A DNA stretch of 64,000 bases. Source: Laetmonice hystrix (lineage: Eukaryota). Numbering within the stretch: the first letter of the stretch is position 1; each line of letters starts with the position of its first letter. The DNA lies in assembly GCA_965235115.1 (NCBI GenBank), contig OZ249442.1, positions 11,594,001 through 11,658,000 on the forward strand. The letters run 5' to 3'. Of the stretch, positions 52,024 to 64,000 are shown in pieces. Position numbers and translations under genes: made by a program. The notes beneath the pieces are model-generated. The model ran no database searches and was not told where the DNA came from. It saw only the letters and a list, made by a program, of their open reading frames with translations.

Positions 52024-55000
52024 ATGGAATCGCAAACTAACTTAGAGGGTGATCCAGGAAATTGCTCAGATGAATCAAAAGATTCAACTCTCAAAGAGTC
52101 TAGCTGTGAGGGATTAGGTTCTTCCCCTGCAGCAGCAACCGGTGGTTTGACCAGTTCTCATCCATTGAGTCCTGACGTAATTGTTAAACTCAAACCAAAA
52201 ATAGATGACAACAGTAACATTCAAAACCTGAAAGGTAGTTCCCAAGGGGACTGGAGACGAAACAGTACTGCAAGTGAGAAAAGTTCTACAGGTACATCAA
52301 CAGACCATGGCGGGGATTCTGATCAGGCTGAGGCATGCAGTGGGTCTGAGAAGTCTTCCTCCTCAAAAAGAACAAAATCTCCCGCTGGAAGCAGGCATTC
52401 AGATTCTAGTAAGGATCTCATAGGCACACCCAAGCCACAGTCTCGCTCGCCCAGTCCTGCCTTGGACATTGCTGAACATTTATCTCTCGATGGTGTTTTG
52501 CCACAAATGACGAGCACACCACTTGGAACGACCCGTCCATCGTCACACGAAGGGGTTCTCTCCGCCGCCCCATCACTGGGACAGAAAGCAGACAGGCCCC
52601 AGTCTCTGTTTCCGCCCGATACACGACGTGAGCTTGATACAAGTGCTAATGCTGAGGATGTTGACACCTCTCTCCTTAGTCAGTGTAGTACCCACACAGC
52701 TTCACACGAGTCACAAACTGACCTGGACTTGTATGATCAGGTGCAGGTACCAATCATTGGTTATGAGACCATGGAGCAACGTTCCCGCTTTACGGTGAGT
52801 CCTTTTACATGGATGAATCTATAGATTTGAAGGGAAAATATACAACATAATTTTTGCCTGTTTGCATAAGTCATGATACACGTCACAATAAATTAGTGTT
52901 AAGATATTTTTTCTTTTCAGCTAATAAGAGTTTTTATACCTCAGTTAACTTTAGTTTATATTGAAGGTTTAACAAATGGAAAGACATAAAAAATTATTCA
53001 CTTAAGTAAAGTTCATAAATATATACTAAAAGATTAGTAATCTGAGGTTTCTTATTGTATCAAATTGTTCAGACTCAAAGTCAAAGAGTGGCTGATTATA
53101 ACATGTCACAATACTGATAATGTTAAGAATCAACTGTTGTTTTTAAGTCGATACAGAAAGATGCAACACGAACATAGATCATTCATAACAGAAGTTAGTC
53201 ATGCATACTCGGTCTTACTTGGTCACCACTTTTTTTTATTTCTTGCTGGGGGTTGCCACTAGAGGGTGGCAGAAGACATGATTGGCTGGTTTCATGGGGC
53301 TCATTAAGCTAACAATACTTGGAAACCCCTATTGCCTGCATTGTATGTTTTACCTGATCCCAGTAAAATCCCGTGGGAGGTGCTGTTAGCGTCTCCTCAG
53401 TGTTTAATACCTTGAGGAATAGGAATGGCCACAATGGGCCAGCTCATGCATTGTCTGTCCTTGCCTGGATGTATGACAATGAATGTGGTCTCTTCTGGAA
53501 CCAATCTGGGAGTGTTATGCTCTAGGTGTATGACTCACTGAGGTAGGTATTACTAGGACCTGAGACCTGAGATTTATACAGTGTTCAGGCAGTGGTTGGC
53601 AGCCTCCCAGCATCGACACATCTCTACTTATTGTGTCTTGTCATCATGTACTTCTAGGTCGGCTGTATAAAGAGAGGTGTGTCCTCTCGAGCATGTTTTT
53701 TTCAGCTTATGGAATGTGCTTTGGTTCTTTCAGTGGTGAGTTTTGTATAATAAGACCGTTGCCAGGGAATGGAGAAAAACATAAGATTACAATATTAGGT
53801 ATATTTAATTTTTAGGGAGCTCTCTTCAGTCTAGATCATAACCTAAACTTCTGATGCTTTCTTAAGTACTCTGACCCAAATATTGAATGACAGACAGTAG
53901 ACCCATGTACAGTACATATGTTTTTAAAATGTATGGGAGATCTGATTGCAAGGACAGGTATTGATAGCCATAGGGGTGTGCATACTGAGTGCAAGATGAT
54001 AAAATAAATCATGTGTTATACTGCAGGGGTCGGAGGATGTTGGACAATGCCACTTGCCCACGGGACTAGTGACCATGCAGGTTGCACTAGTCCCTAGAAA
54101 TTTCTGCTAGTCCCAACACATTTATGAATTCTATAACTAAAATTGGATTTATTTATGACTCTGCATGTAGTAGGCCTAATAATAAAGAACTGAAAAATAC
54201 CATCATGGCATGGATTTCTCCTTTAAGTTGCATTCATTTTTTCAAAGCACAGTCAAACCTCGTTCCGGGTACAATTAGAGCTCTAAGTTGGTTTAAATCG
54301 CCTGACGGGCGATTACCCATTGGCTCAGTACTGGTCCTGACGTCGGCGAGCGGGCGAGTGGATCTCGCGACCCCTGATACTGATTACTGAGTATGTCAAT
54401 AACATTTGATAGTGTCATCACGTCAGGTCAGAAGATCTATGGTTCTGTCATCATCATGGCCATCACACCCCATGATAATTATAATGCCACTGTGACATTG
54501 ACAGGTGACAACATCTGTAGCCATGGATAGGTATAGATGTGGTAATGTAGGATGGGTATAGATGTGATAATGTACATGGGATAGACGTGTATAGATGTGG
54601 TAATGTAGGATGGGTATAGATGTGATAATGTAGGATGGGTATAGATGTGGTAATGTAGGATGGGTATAGATGTGGTAATGTAGGATGGGTATAGATGTGA
54701 TAATGTAGGATGGGTATAGATGTGGTAATGTAGGATGGGTATAGATGTGGTAATGTAGGATGGGTATAGATGTGGTAATGTAGGATGGGTATAGATGTGG
54801 TAATGTAGGATAGGTATAGATGTGGTAATGTAGGATAGGTATAGATGTGGTAATGTAGGATAGGTAAAGATGTGGTAATGTAGATGTGGTAATGTAGGAT
54901 AGGTATAGATGTAGCAATGTAGTCCTGTTAACGTTAGAAATAAAGGCATCAATACTTGTCACTTCAATGACACCTGAAGCTTGTGATCTTGAGCAGTAAA

Positions 55001-58000
55001 TTTTGACTAACACTCCATCAAGGAACTGGGTGCAGATACAGGACGGGTCTGTCCCACTTGCTGGAATTGTTTGGTTTGTAATGTTTGAATCATATAATTC
55101 AGGGTCTGAAACGTTTGAGGTAAATTAATATAAATTTGTATTCAATGTAGAGCAATATTTTCAGCAACACCAGGGTAAAAAGGCATAGCACAGGTCGATA
55201 CTGAACATCACCTCAGACACTGTAATTCCTTTGGTTCTATGCAACCTATCTGACGTAACTTTGTACCAAACTCTTCTTTAAGAAAAATGTAATCTAACTA
55301 ATGTTGGCAAAGGGATATGATTATAAGGAAGTGCTTTGATACACAACCAAAGGTGGACCGGTATGTCACAACAAAGGGATTTTTCCCCCCTCCAGTTGAC
55401 TGGGATAGTTCACCTTTTTAAGTACTACATGATAAACCCCTCAGTTGAATATATAGTTCATGTTTAATCATGAAGAAGTTACAAAATCTGTAAAATAAAA
55501 TCTGTTGCATTCATGTTGGCCTGGCCAATGCAACCCCCCCCCCCCCCCCCGCCCAATCAACCAGTGCAGCCTTCATTCATTTGTCAGTCCTAAATGGTGG
55601 TGGAGAGTGTGGGACCCACTTGTCATCATTAGGGGTGGAGAGTGTGGGACACCATGGTGAGCTGGTGGTCTGGAATGGTTTAGGAAATCTACAGAATTGT
55701 TCACATCTGCTGAGGTGAGACGGAATCCATGCTTTCCTAGATAGAGCTGTTCTCTGGTTGGAGTGAGTCAGTGAGTGTGATACCCCATGTATGTTTGTAT
55801 ATGTGGATCATGTGAGGTTGAGGAGTGAGTTGTTGGGTGTACACACTGGACGGCAGACTGGGAATATTAATTCTATAAACACTGCTCTAACAGTCTCAAA
55901 ACAAACGCATTCTGTTTTTAAACTTATAATGTACGAATAAAGAACCGTCTGGAATAAATATATTCAGGATTCGTTATAGTGCTCAGCTTATAACGCTTAG
56001 TTATATACTTAAAGGTTTTAAAAAGGTTTTAATCTGATAAACTTATACGGTACTCTCAAATAAAAACAGAACTTTACTTGAAGCAGTTGTGATCCATGGA
56101 GTAACCTGAATCTGAAGGGGGGAAAATATTTATAAGAATCTTCGTGGACTTACGTAATTTTAAGGGTTATTTTCATTTCAGAACCAATAGGTAAGCGGTT
56201 TCCCTCTTTTCAAGAGGCTTTGTAACAAAGGCAAAGCTCTCTAGCTGCCCATAACTGTTTGTAAACTGGAAAATAAATAACCATGTCCGTCATACTTTAA
56301 TCTGTCAGTGTCCAAACATGGGAAAAGGTTTGGGTAGGTAAGATACTGCAAACCATTATTGAAATAGACATTGCACATTTTTTCTTTCCAGGTATTCAAG
56401 ATCAGAGTTCAAAAGGCAAAAGATGAGGGATGGTTCATTTTTCGAAGGTACAGCGATTTTGTCCGGCTGAATGATACGGTAAGTAGGCTAGTGTGATTGA
56501 TTGATGTGTACATTTCGGATTTGTTTGTGTATAGAGCCGTTTGAGACTCCCACAATTGGCACACAGGGTTTCCCCTTCAAGAACGCGGTGTGAGAGACCC
56601 TACCAACATGACTGTCTATATCACCCAGAAGCAGGAATGCCATGACGTGTTTGACACATCAAGTGTTAAGGATTGTTAGCTCCGTGACTGGGCCTGCTAG
56701 ATGGACCTCATTGACACCTTTCCTGTCCCAGCATGGACACATTCACAGGCATCGAGTAGCTGTGAGGGGGCTAAGGGCTATCCTTTATAAGTAAGACACG
56801 GATCTCTCTAGGATAGAAATAAAGTGCTCACCTTCAGCGTGCTACCACGGGTAGGCCGATAATGACATTGTGTGCACCATTTAATGGCCGGGGGTTCGGG
56901 GGATGCCTCAAATTAGAAATGGCCTTTTGAGAAGAGTTCAAACAACCCATGGCTGGATCACTCACTGAGGTACTATCAACTGAATGGTGATGATTTATCA
57001 CCATAAAAACGTGTTAGCGAGCTCCCTGGTAAGATTTCTCCGGTAATGTTAGCAGTACTGAGTGGTCCAGTTTTACCCTGGCAGGATGCTGTTACTGAGA
57101 GGGTAGTTTGATACAGCCTGATTTCACCGGTTGATACGGGGTGATCAAACTACAGGCAGATGAGAGCATGCATACTGGGGGGTAATAAGTGAACATTGGA
57201 TAGCCAGAGACAGGCTATGGCTAAAAGTTTCTCAGCAAATGGTGCAATAAAAGTTGGTTCTCACCACTGTTCTCATGTAAATTTATATACAATGAAAAAA
57301 TCTTTTTGTTTGGTGTAAGAAATGAAAGAAATCGTTTGCAGAAAAGAAACTATAGGCCCCGCCAACCCTGTATATGAAATGGTCTGGCCCTTATATGGCC
57401 TTCAGTTGGTGGCAGTTGAACTTGGGTACACGTGTACTGGGTCAAAGTGTCCGACAAAACATTTTGTGGGGTCTCATGTAATGTGAGGCCTGTTTGAATG
57501 GTGAATGGGCAGCCATCATCCGGTAAATGGTAACTGTGGGGTCATATCATTGACTCCTGATCAGGGAGACCACAACCAGAGAGTAAGTAACTCACCGACC
57601 CAGTATCAACACTGATAAATACAAGAGTGCTTGGTTCACTTGTTTTTGTTTTGCCCAGAGATAAAGATTGCCCGTCTGTCTGGTTCTGGGTATTTTAAAG
57701 TGGAACAAACAGGTCGAGAGCCTTGCACTTTGTCTTGTAACTAAACGTGACAGGCAAATTAGATGCAGTTCAGCTGCCATGAAATGTTTGTTCATTCCTC
57801 CGTGATGGCTGCCAGGATGAACAAGACATTCTGTACTATAGAAAGCTGGACTTGATTCTCAAGTGCATTCTCAGACTTCTTGTCTTTGTGTTGTTGTATG
57901 ATGTAACACAATCAAAACAAATATTTGATTAAGGTGGTTCCTCTGTAAAATTTCTAGGAGATAGATTTTTTTTTAAACTTTGCATAATTGTTGCATGATA

Positions 58001-61000
58001 TATTAGAAAAACGAAGGCCGCAAATTTGCCTTGGGAAATCTCACCGCAGAGATACGGTTCATACGGTTACAATGGTGCACAGAAATTCCCAGATCTACAT
58101 CATTGATCATAATTTATATACATGTATATTGAAAACATCGGTCATGATATGCTTGACATGGGCAGAGGTACGGTAAAGTGTTTTAACAACCTACATTGTC
58201 TCTTGGTTAAATAACAAGAAATATTTCTTTATTTCAGCTGAAAGGAGTCTTCTCACACTTTCGTTTGGCCCTGCCGCCCAAGAAGTGGGTAGGAGACAAT
58301 TACGACCCGCGGTTTCTGGAGGATCGTATGCTGGGATTGCAGGCCTTTCTCAATAACGTTGTCAGTCATCGTGATGTGTGCAACAGGTGAGGTTCAATGA
58401 GAGCGCCGTCTCCACGGAAACTCTTCACAGACTGCTCTGGCATTTAGATTTGGGGGTCGGGCGCTTGGTGGATTGTATACTCAATTAAAAAAGAAAAGTA
58501 TGTTTTTTTATCATTTGGTTTATGCTATTTGTGTACAACATGCACCATAGCGATAGTCGACATTCATTTATTCCCTGTCGAACTATTTAGGGCCCTAGAC
58601 TGACTCTTAGCACTTGACATCAATGTTACCCTAGCACCAGTGCAAGCCATGCCAGTTAAAAAAAATCTGTTGTAGATTAAATCTTCAACAAGTCCGTAAT
58701 TCAAACTGAATGTAAAGAACAGGTGGCTGTTTTAGAATTCTATACATTGAGGAACAGATGTCGACACTGTAATAACCACTGACCCAGATCACATCAGGGA
58801 CAGTGGAACAGATAATATAAGGTTACTCCTTCACTGTATCACAGCTCTGTGGGTACCAGTAGTGCTCAAGGTAGACTGAAGACCAACAAAAATATAAAAA
58901 AGTCAGATTGATTACAAACTCCTGTTTCTACTGGTCTGGGATGTATTTTGATAGTTCACCACGAGTTTCTTTTTTTTTTATTCTAATAAGATCAAACCAG
59001 AATATTTTGACACAAAATTCTAAAAAGCCCAATGGTATAGTAAGGCGATCTAGATCTTTTCAGTGGTTTTTGAAGGACATAATACCCCATTCATGACATA
59101 GCAAGGCAAACTGAGCAGGAGATCTTTATAATGACTGGTTCATGACACTTTGATGAAAAGTCTTCTGTGTATAAAAAGGACCTTTTCTGGGTCAGATTGC
59201 ATGTATCCGGAGTGCTGTTGTTGTGAAGAAAAGAGGATCTAACATTTGAAACCCAGGAAAGTGGGACAGTCGTCACGTGTCCTCATCTTAGAGAGTGACA
59301 GGACATTATCATGAATGTCATCATACAGTAAACGACCAATGTGAATATCGCTAAACTTTCAGGTGGTTAACAGTTTTAACTTTTAGAAAAAAATGACGTG
59401 TTCTTAAGGGCCTTCATAGAGAACCATATGTTGGTGATTTGTTTGTAGTCTTGATTATTGTGATGACCTGTGCCCCATATAACTTGTATTTGGTTAAATA
59501 TTTAGCCCTGATATCTTGTATAATTTGGTTGGGTTTGTAGCCCTGATATAACTTGTGTTTGGTTGTATTTGAGCTCTGATATCTTGAATAATTTGTTTAG
59601 GTTCGTCGCCCTGATAAAACTTGTGTTTGGTTGTAAGCCCTGATATCTTGTATAATTTGGTTGCGTTCGTAGCCCTGATAAAACTTGTGTTTGGTTGTAT
59701 TTGAGTACTGATATCTTGTATAATTTGGTTGGGTTCGTAGCCCTGATAAAACTTGTGTTTGGTTGTATTTGAGGACTGATATCTTGTATAATTTGGTTGG
59801 GTTCGTAGCCCTGATATAACTTGTGTTTGGTTGTATTTGAGGACTGATATCTTGTATAATTTGGTTGGGTTCGTAGCCCTGATATAACTTGTGTTTGGTT
59901 GTATTTGAGGACTGATATCTTGTATAATTTGGTTGGGTTCGTAGCCTACATCAAATACAACCAAACTTGTGTTTGGTTGTACAGTAGAACCTCACAAATA
60001 CGACCACCTGAGGGACTGGCCGAAAGTGGTCGTAATTCTGAGATGGTCGTAATTCTGAAATTTGACCTGGATTAGGAAGGGTTTTGGGTATAGGGGGGCC
60101 TGTCATTTAACCTGGATTAGGGATGCTTATAGGTATATCAGCATGATATCAGTAAAGGATGCAATAGACAAAGATTCATAGGCCTACATTTACATAATGT
60201 ATAGGCCTCCTATATCCTTTTCCAGTGTTTATTTGCATGAAGAGAAAGACCAACTTGAAACACTCTAAAACTTGGGAATAACTGAAAACTATGACAAGAC
60301 TGAACAGGAACAAGTGTGTGGGATACAAAAATCAGTCTCGGTTTATAGTGACTCAAGTAGGGTCTAGGTGGACAGAAACACCTTGGCCCATTAATCCAAG
60401 TCGCACCTCCCATTGTGTTCATAAAGTCTCTACAAACACTGCTGTTATTTAGGGTCAAGGTGGGCAGAAGCACCTCGGCCGGGTCTGTTAATCCAAGTCG
60501 CACCTCCCATTGTCTTACAACTACATGTACAATCACTGCCAGCCACTCCATCTGGTCACTGACTGGTCGTTATTGTGAGGTTGAATCCAATTTGGGACTG
60601 AAATAAGTGGTCGTAAAAGTGAATTCCGAGGTGGTCGTATTTCTGAAACTTAAATGCATTGAAAATATAGGGATAATTTTGGGACTGCTCAAAAGTGGTC
60701 GTATTTTTGAGGTGGTCTTAGTTTTGAGGTGGTCGTTAGGTGAGGTTCTACTGTATTTGAGGACTGATATCTTGTATAATTTGGTTGGGTTCGTAGCCCT
60801 GATAAAACTTGTATTTGGTTGTATTTGAGCCCTGATATCTTGTACATTTGTATTTGGTTGGGTTCAATCATAGCCCCGATATAACTTGTATTTCATTGTA
60901 TTTGTAGTGAAGCTGTCCGTGTGTTCCTATGCATTGATGACCCTCCAGGACCACATGACAGTCTGGAAGAAAGTAGGGTAAGATATGGTTTCCTGTGACA

Positions 61001-61571
61001 TTATGTATGTGATATGAAGTTCTGTCTCAGTTGCCACCAACAAGAATAGAAAAAAAAACAGAATTAATATGCTGTGGTTCATATACCGGTCTAGTTGTAA
61101 AGTCATCTTGCAAGCAGAGCTAAGGAACTGCCCCCATGCTGCACCTGTGTCATTGTTAAACCAGGCATACAGGTACCAATCTGACTCAAGTCAACTCAAT
61201 CAAACTGGTTTTTCATGCCTTGAAAACCATACTGTCTCATCCTGACCTGGCTTCATTCAGCGGGCCCTGGCTCCATTCAACTTGGTCTAAGTGAGGTCAG
61301 CGTTTCCGGGGTATAAAAATCCAGTTAGGTATAGTGGAGTTAAGTAGGTATAAGATCAGCTTAAGAGATATATTTGTTTACAAGTAGCAACTTCCATCTA
61401 AATGTGATATGAGTTAGAACTCTGGATTTTACAGGCATTGTGTGAGATATTCGAAGACCAGGTGTATAACTTGCGTCAAGAGCTGACGAACCGTGACTCG
61501 CGTATCAGTTTGTTGGAGGAGGAGCTGGCTCTGTACAAGGCTGAGGTGGAGAATTTACGGAAAGCTCTCAG
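52024..61571 (+). CDS. SNX16: Sorting nexin-16 (PX domain + coiled coil); 3' end not identified
   Basis: Exons 52024-52794, 56392-56478, 58238-58386, 60908-60977, 61435-61571 (ends phase 2 at AG|GTATGT). [51 protein letters not shown] and [14 protein letters not shown] match SNX16; a coiled coil follows. Confidence 0.92.
54525..54921. repeat. 25-bp minisatellite, about 16 copies
   Basis: Unit ggatgggtatagatgtggtaatgta. Confidence 0.95.
57600..57880 (+). mobile_element. Possible heavily decayed CR1/L2-type LINE ORF2 fragment
   Basis: Scattered translations [11 protein letters not shown] and [14 protein letters not shown] resemble the LKW..HI and KLE.VQRRA.R motifs; many stops and shifts, so weak. 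Confidence 0.3.
59489..60907. repeat. 68-bp minisatellite (2 related 34-bp halves), interrupted by a MITE and running up to a SNX16 acceptor
   Basis: Unit ggttgtatttgaggactgatatcttgtataatttggttgggttcgtagccctgatataacttgtgttt; resumes at 60754. Confidence 0.93.
59982..60753. mobile_element. 772-bp non-autonomous Tc1/mariner (pogo/Tigger-like) element with TA TSD
   Basis: TIR cagtagaacctcac...acgaccacct / aggtggtcgt...gtgaggttctactg; TA at 59980-81 and 60754-55; removing it restores the satellite unit. Confidence 0.88.
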
Positions 61572-64000
61572 GTATGTACTTTTACAGCTGTCGTATATTA
61601 TGGGACTGCAATTTTCATATTTTCCTCACCTATAATGAACGAAGGATGGGAATTGCTGACCATTCTTATCACAATAGCACATGTACCTTATTTTACTGCT
61701 AAAACTGTTGAAGGGTAATTACATCATTTATTTATTTAGGAATTGTTCCTGAGAGTGAAATTCGACCACTCTGTTGAAAGCATCTTTTTGTCATATTTTT
61801 TTCCCCGTTTTATTTTAGTTTGTCGCTGCATTCCAAAATAAGTTGTGTGTCATTTGCTTTAAACATTTGCAGTGTCCATTCATATTTACAACTGGTTTTT
61901 GAGATAGTTTGGAGGGATTGAAGGATTAATATGGGATAACTAAAATTTAGGCTTAATATGGCAGTCAATTTTTATGTATAAAAACACTATACCGTAGTCT
62001 TTTAGTACTGCTTTTATTGAAAGATATGTTGAAGCCTACGTGGAATGATCTCGGTGATACTCTGCCTCTGACTGAGCGCCTATGCTTTGAATGTTGTAAA
62101 GTTAGCTAACTGGTATTAATCTATTGATAATTAGATTTGAGTAGATTTGATGTGTGTTGGTCATCAGGACATCTGTGATACATTATGTATAATGGTATTA
62201 GATGACAAAGACAGCTATATAACAAGATATCTCGGCAGTCAGTCAGTGAAGATAAGTTAGATAACAGGTTACTTGATATAGGATGAGTTATCTGCTGTTG
62301 TATGTGGCACCTCGGTGAAGCCGTTTGTACTGGTTTAGTAAGATTGATCGATCCAAACTTGCTGCAATAGATTTAATGTTGACTCTGAAATTAGATGTCA
62401 TGACATCTTCCTGTTGGCTGTATCAAGAGGCAGGCCATTAGGTGACTAAAGAGAACATTCAGTAATGTCAGGTCACTGGAGCGAGGGACAGACTCTAATT
62501 TAGTTGTTATCTATGGTGTCGGCATTTATCAGTGTGCATAAGGCATCTGTAAACTGTACGTAAAAAGTGATACTATGATCGTTGTCAGTGTGAATGTTAG
62601 GTGGACTCCGCTAGGCTGGTATAGACAGACTTGTTAACAGGAGGATTGACTGGTTCTAACAATCGTAGATGTTAAATATGGAGAGTTAAGGGCATAAGAT
62701 TAAAACAAGATTTATTAAGAAGTTAAGGCAGTATTTTAGGTCAGGCCTGAGGGATGTGTCCTTGCTTTTGGCAATATCCTAGGAAATTGCTTATTAAACC
62801 TAACAATGCACAGTTTTTAGATTTCACTTACAATACTGAGTTTCTCTCTGTTATGATTGCTCCCCAGTCTGCCCCCATGGACAGAAAAATAGTTAATTTC
62901 TTGAAAAAACGTATAAGATACCCCCGGTAAGCAGAACCTCCTTTCTTAGGTTCCAGAACTCTATACTCTTTCAATTTGTGTAAAGATTTGTGAACCAGTG
63001 GGGTTTCAGAACTGTGAAATCTTTGACATAGCAACAGCATTTATTAATCTAGAGCTTGCCTACTCGCTACGCTGCCTGGAAACGATTGGAATAACTAATT
63101 GTCAGGTCTCATTCTGGCCAAGTCCTGCTGTGTCATAGCAGTCATGTTAGATATAATTTGGGTACTCTGATATAAGTTGGGTTAGATTGACCAGAGTTTT
63201 ACGAAATTACTAAATATGAAGGTATTGGGACAAAGTAATATTTAACACAGATTAACCCCTAAATTATACTGAGAAACGTGATGCCTGGCTCACAGTCTCA
63301 AGTGTCATCCTCCACTAATGGTGACTGAGTTAACAATGCTGTGTGGCGTGTTTCTTTCTTGTCGTTTCAGAGTAGAGTGCACTGTCTATAGCAGCTCGTT
63401 GTTAGTGTGCAGACAGGCCGACCTCAATCACATTATAAGTCTTGTTTTACTCAACCTGTAAGCTATACCATTACTGTAGCAGTGGGGTGCGGCTTGCAGG
63501 CTTAGGCTCCCTCCTCCTTAGATCCTAATCTTAGATCCTTCCTAAGATGTCTGTCTAGGTACTGTGATGGTTAGGACACAAGTTTTGTTAGCGTATCACA
63601 ATGTGGTGGATGGAGTCCATTATGTGCGATAGCTGTTGTCGATGTGGATCTTTAGCAAAGATTATGTGATCTTAGGATAAGTGGTTGTATCATTAGGGTG
63701 GCGTGTGCCCCCTAGGATTACTGTTGGATTAGCAGGATCTAACACAGATCAGATGAATAAGGTGATTTATTATATGCACATTTTATCTGCCTGTGCCATT
63801 CAGGGGGATGCCATACGGTGGCCCGTATGGAACATATGTTCCATACGGACTTATTTGATTTTACACGTGACGGGGTTAACTATGAGGTCCTATGGAAGCA
63901 CTGGAACATGTATTATAAATTATGCTTAGCTGTTCTAACAGCAGGCCCCACCCCTCAGTTTGCTACCACTATGTGAACACTGTGTAGAAAAAATGGGGGG

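Noticed and set aside
53300-53620. Possible decayed LINE fragments (also about 55600-55900 and 62000-62790, minus strand)
   Set aside because: Only faint motif resemblance in broken frames; cannot be supported without an HMM search.
54423-55013. His/Tyr/Pro-rich 196- and 157-aa ORFs
   Set aside because: Translations of the 25-bp minisatellite in a SNX16 intron.
59494-59964. 156-aa repetitive ORF
   Set aside because: Translation of the 68-bp minisatellite.
63371-63457. Candidate next SNX16 exon (strong acceptor, phase 2)
   Set aside because: The translation (RVECTVYSSSLLVCRQ...) has no recognisable similarity to SNX16 C-termini; left unassigned pending RNA data.

Overview
Eukaryotic, intron-rich genomic DNA from a marine invertebrate. 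An echinoderm or other ambulacrarian is my guess from repeat style only. Seven protein-coding genes were rebuilt by hand from splice signals and frame continuity. (1-2) A tandem pair of paralogous secreted prepro-proteins (4257-8733 and 14141-19587, +): signal peptide, amphipathic pro-helix, KR site, then a Cys-bridged beta-rich domain I cannot assign to a known family. (3-4) A tandem pair of ML-domain lipid-binding proteins (25176-27744 and 29429-32716, +) whose four intron positions and motifs match vertebrate MD-2/MD-1 as I recall them. (5) Rab2 (35126-39928, +). (6) A multi-C2H2 zinc-finger gene with a long acidic tract (about 48443-44027, -). (7) SNX16 (52024 to at least 61571, +; 3' end not resolved). 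Introns and intergenic DNA are full of minisatellites and non-autonomous DNA transposons, including a self-nested element with two 10-bp TSDs. There is one 134-nt N gap. I found no CRISPR array, rRNA or convincing tRNA. The best leads are the MD-2-like pair, the unassigned secreted pair beside it, and copy-to-copy evidence that the abundant TAGGCCTA-type motifs arise as small insertions at TA sites. No database searches were run; family calls and vertebrate comparisons are from memory.
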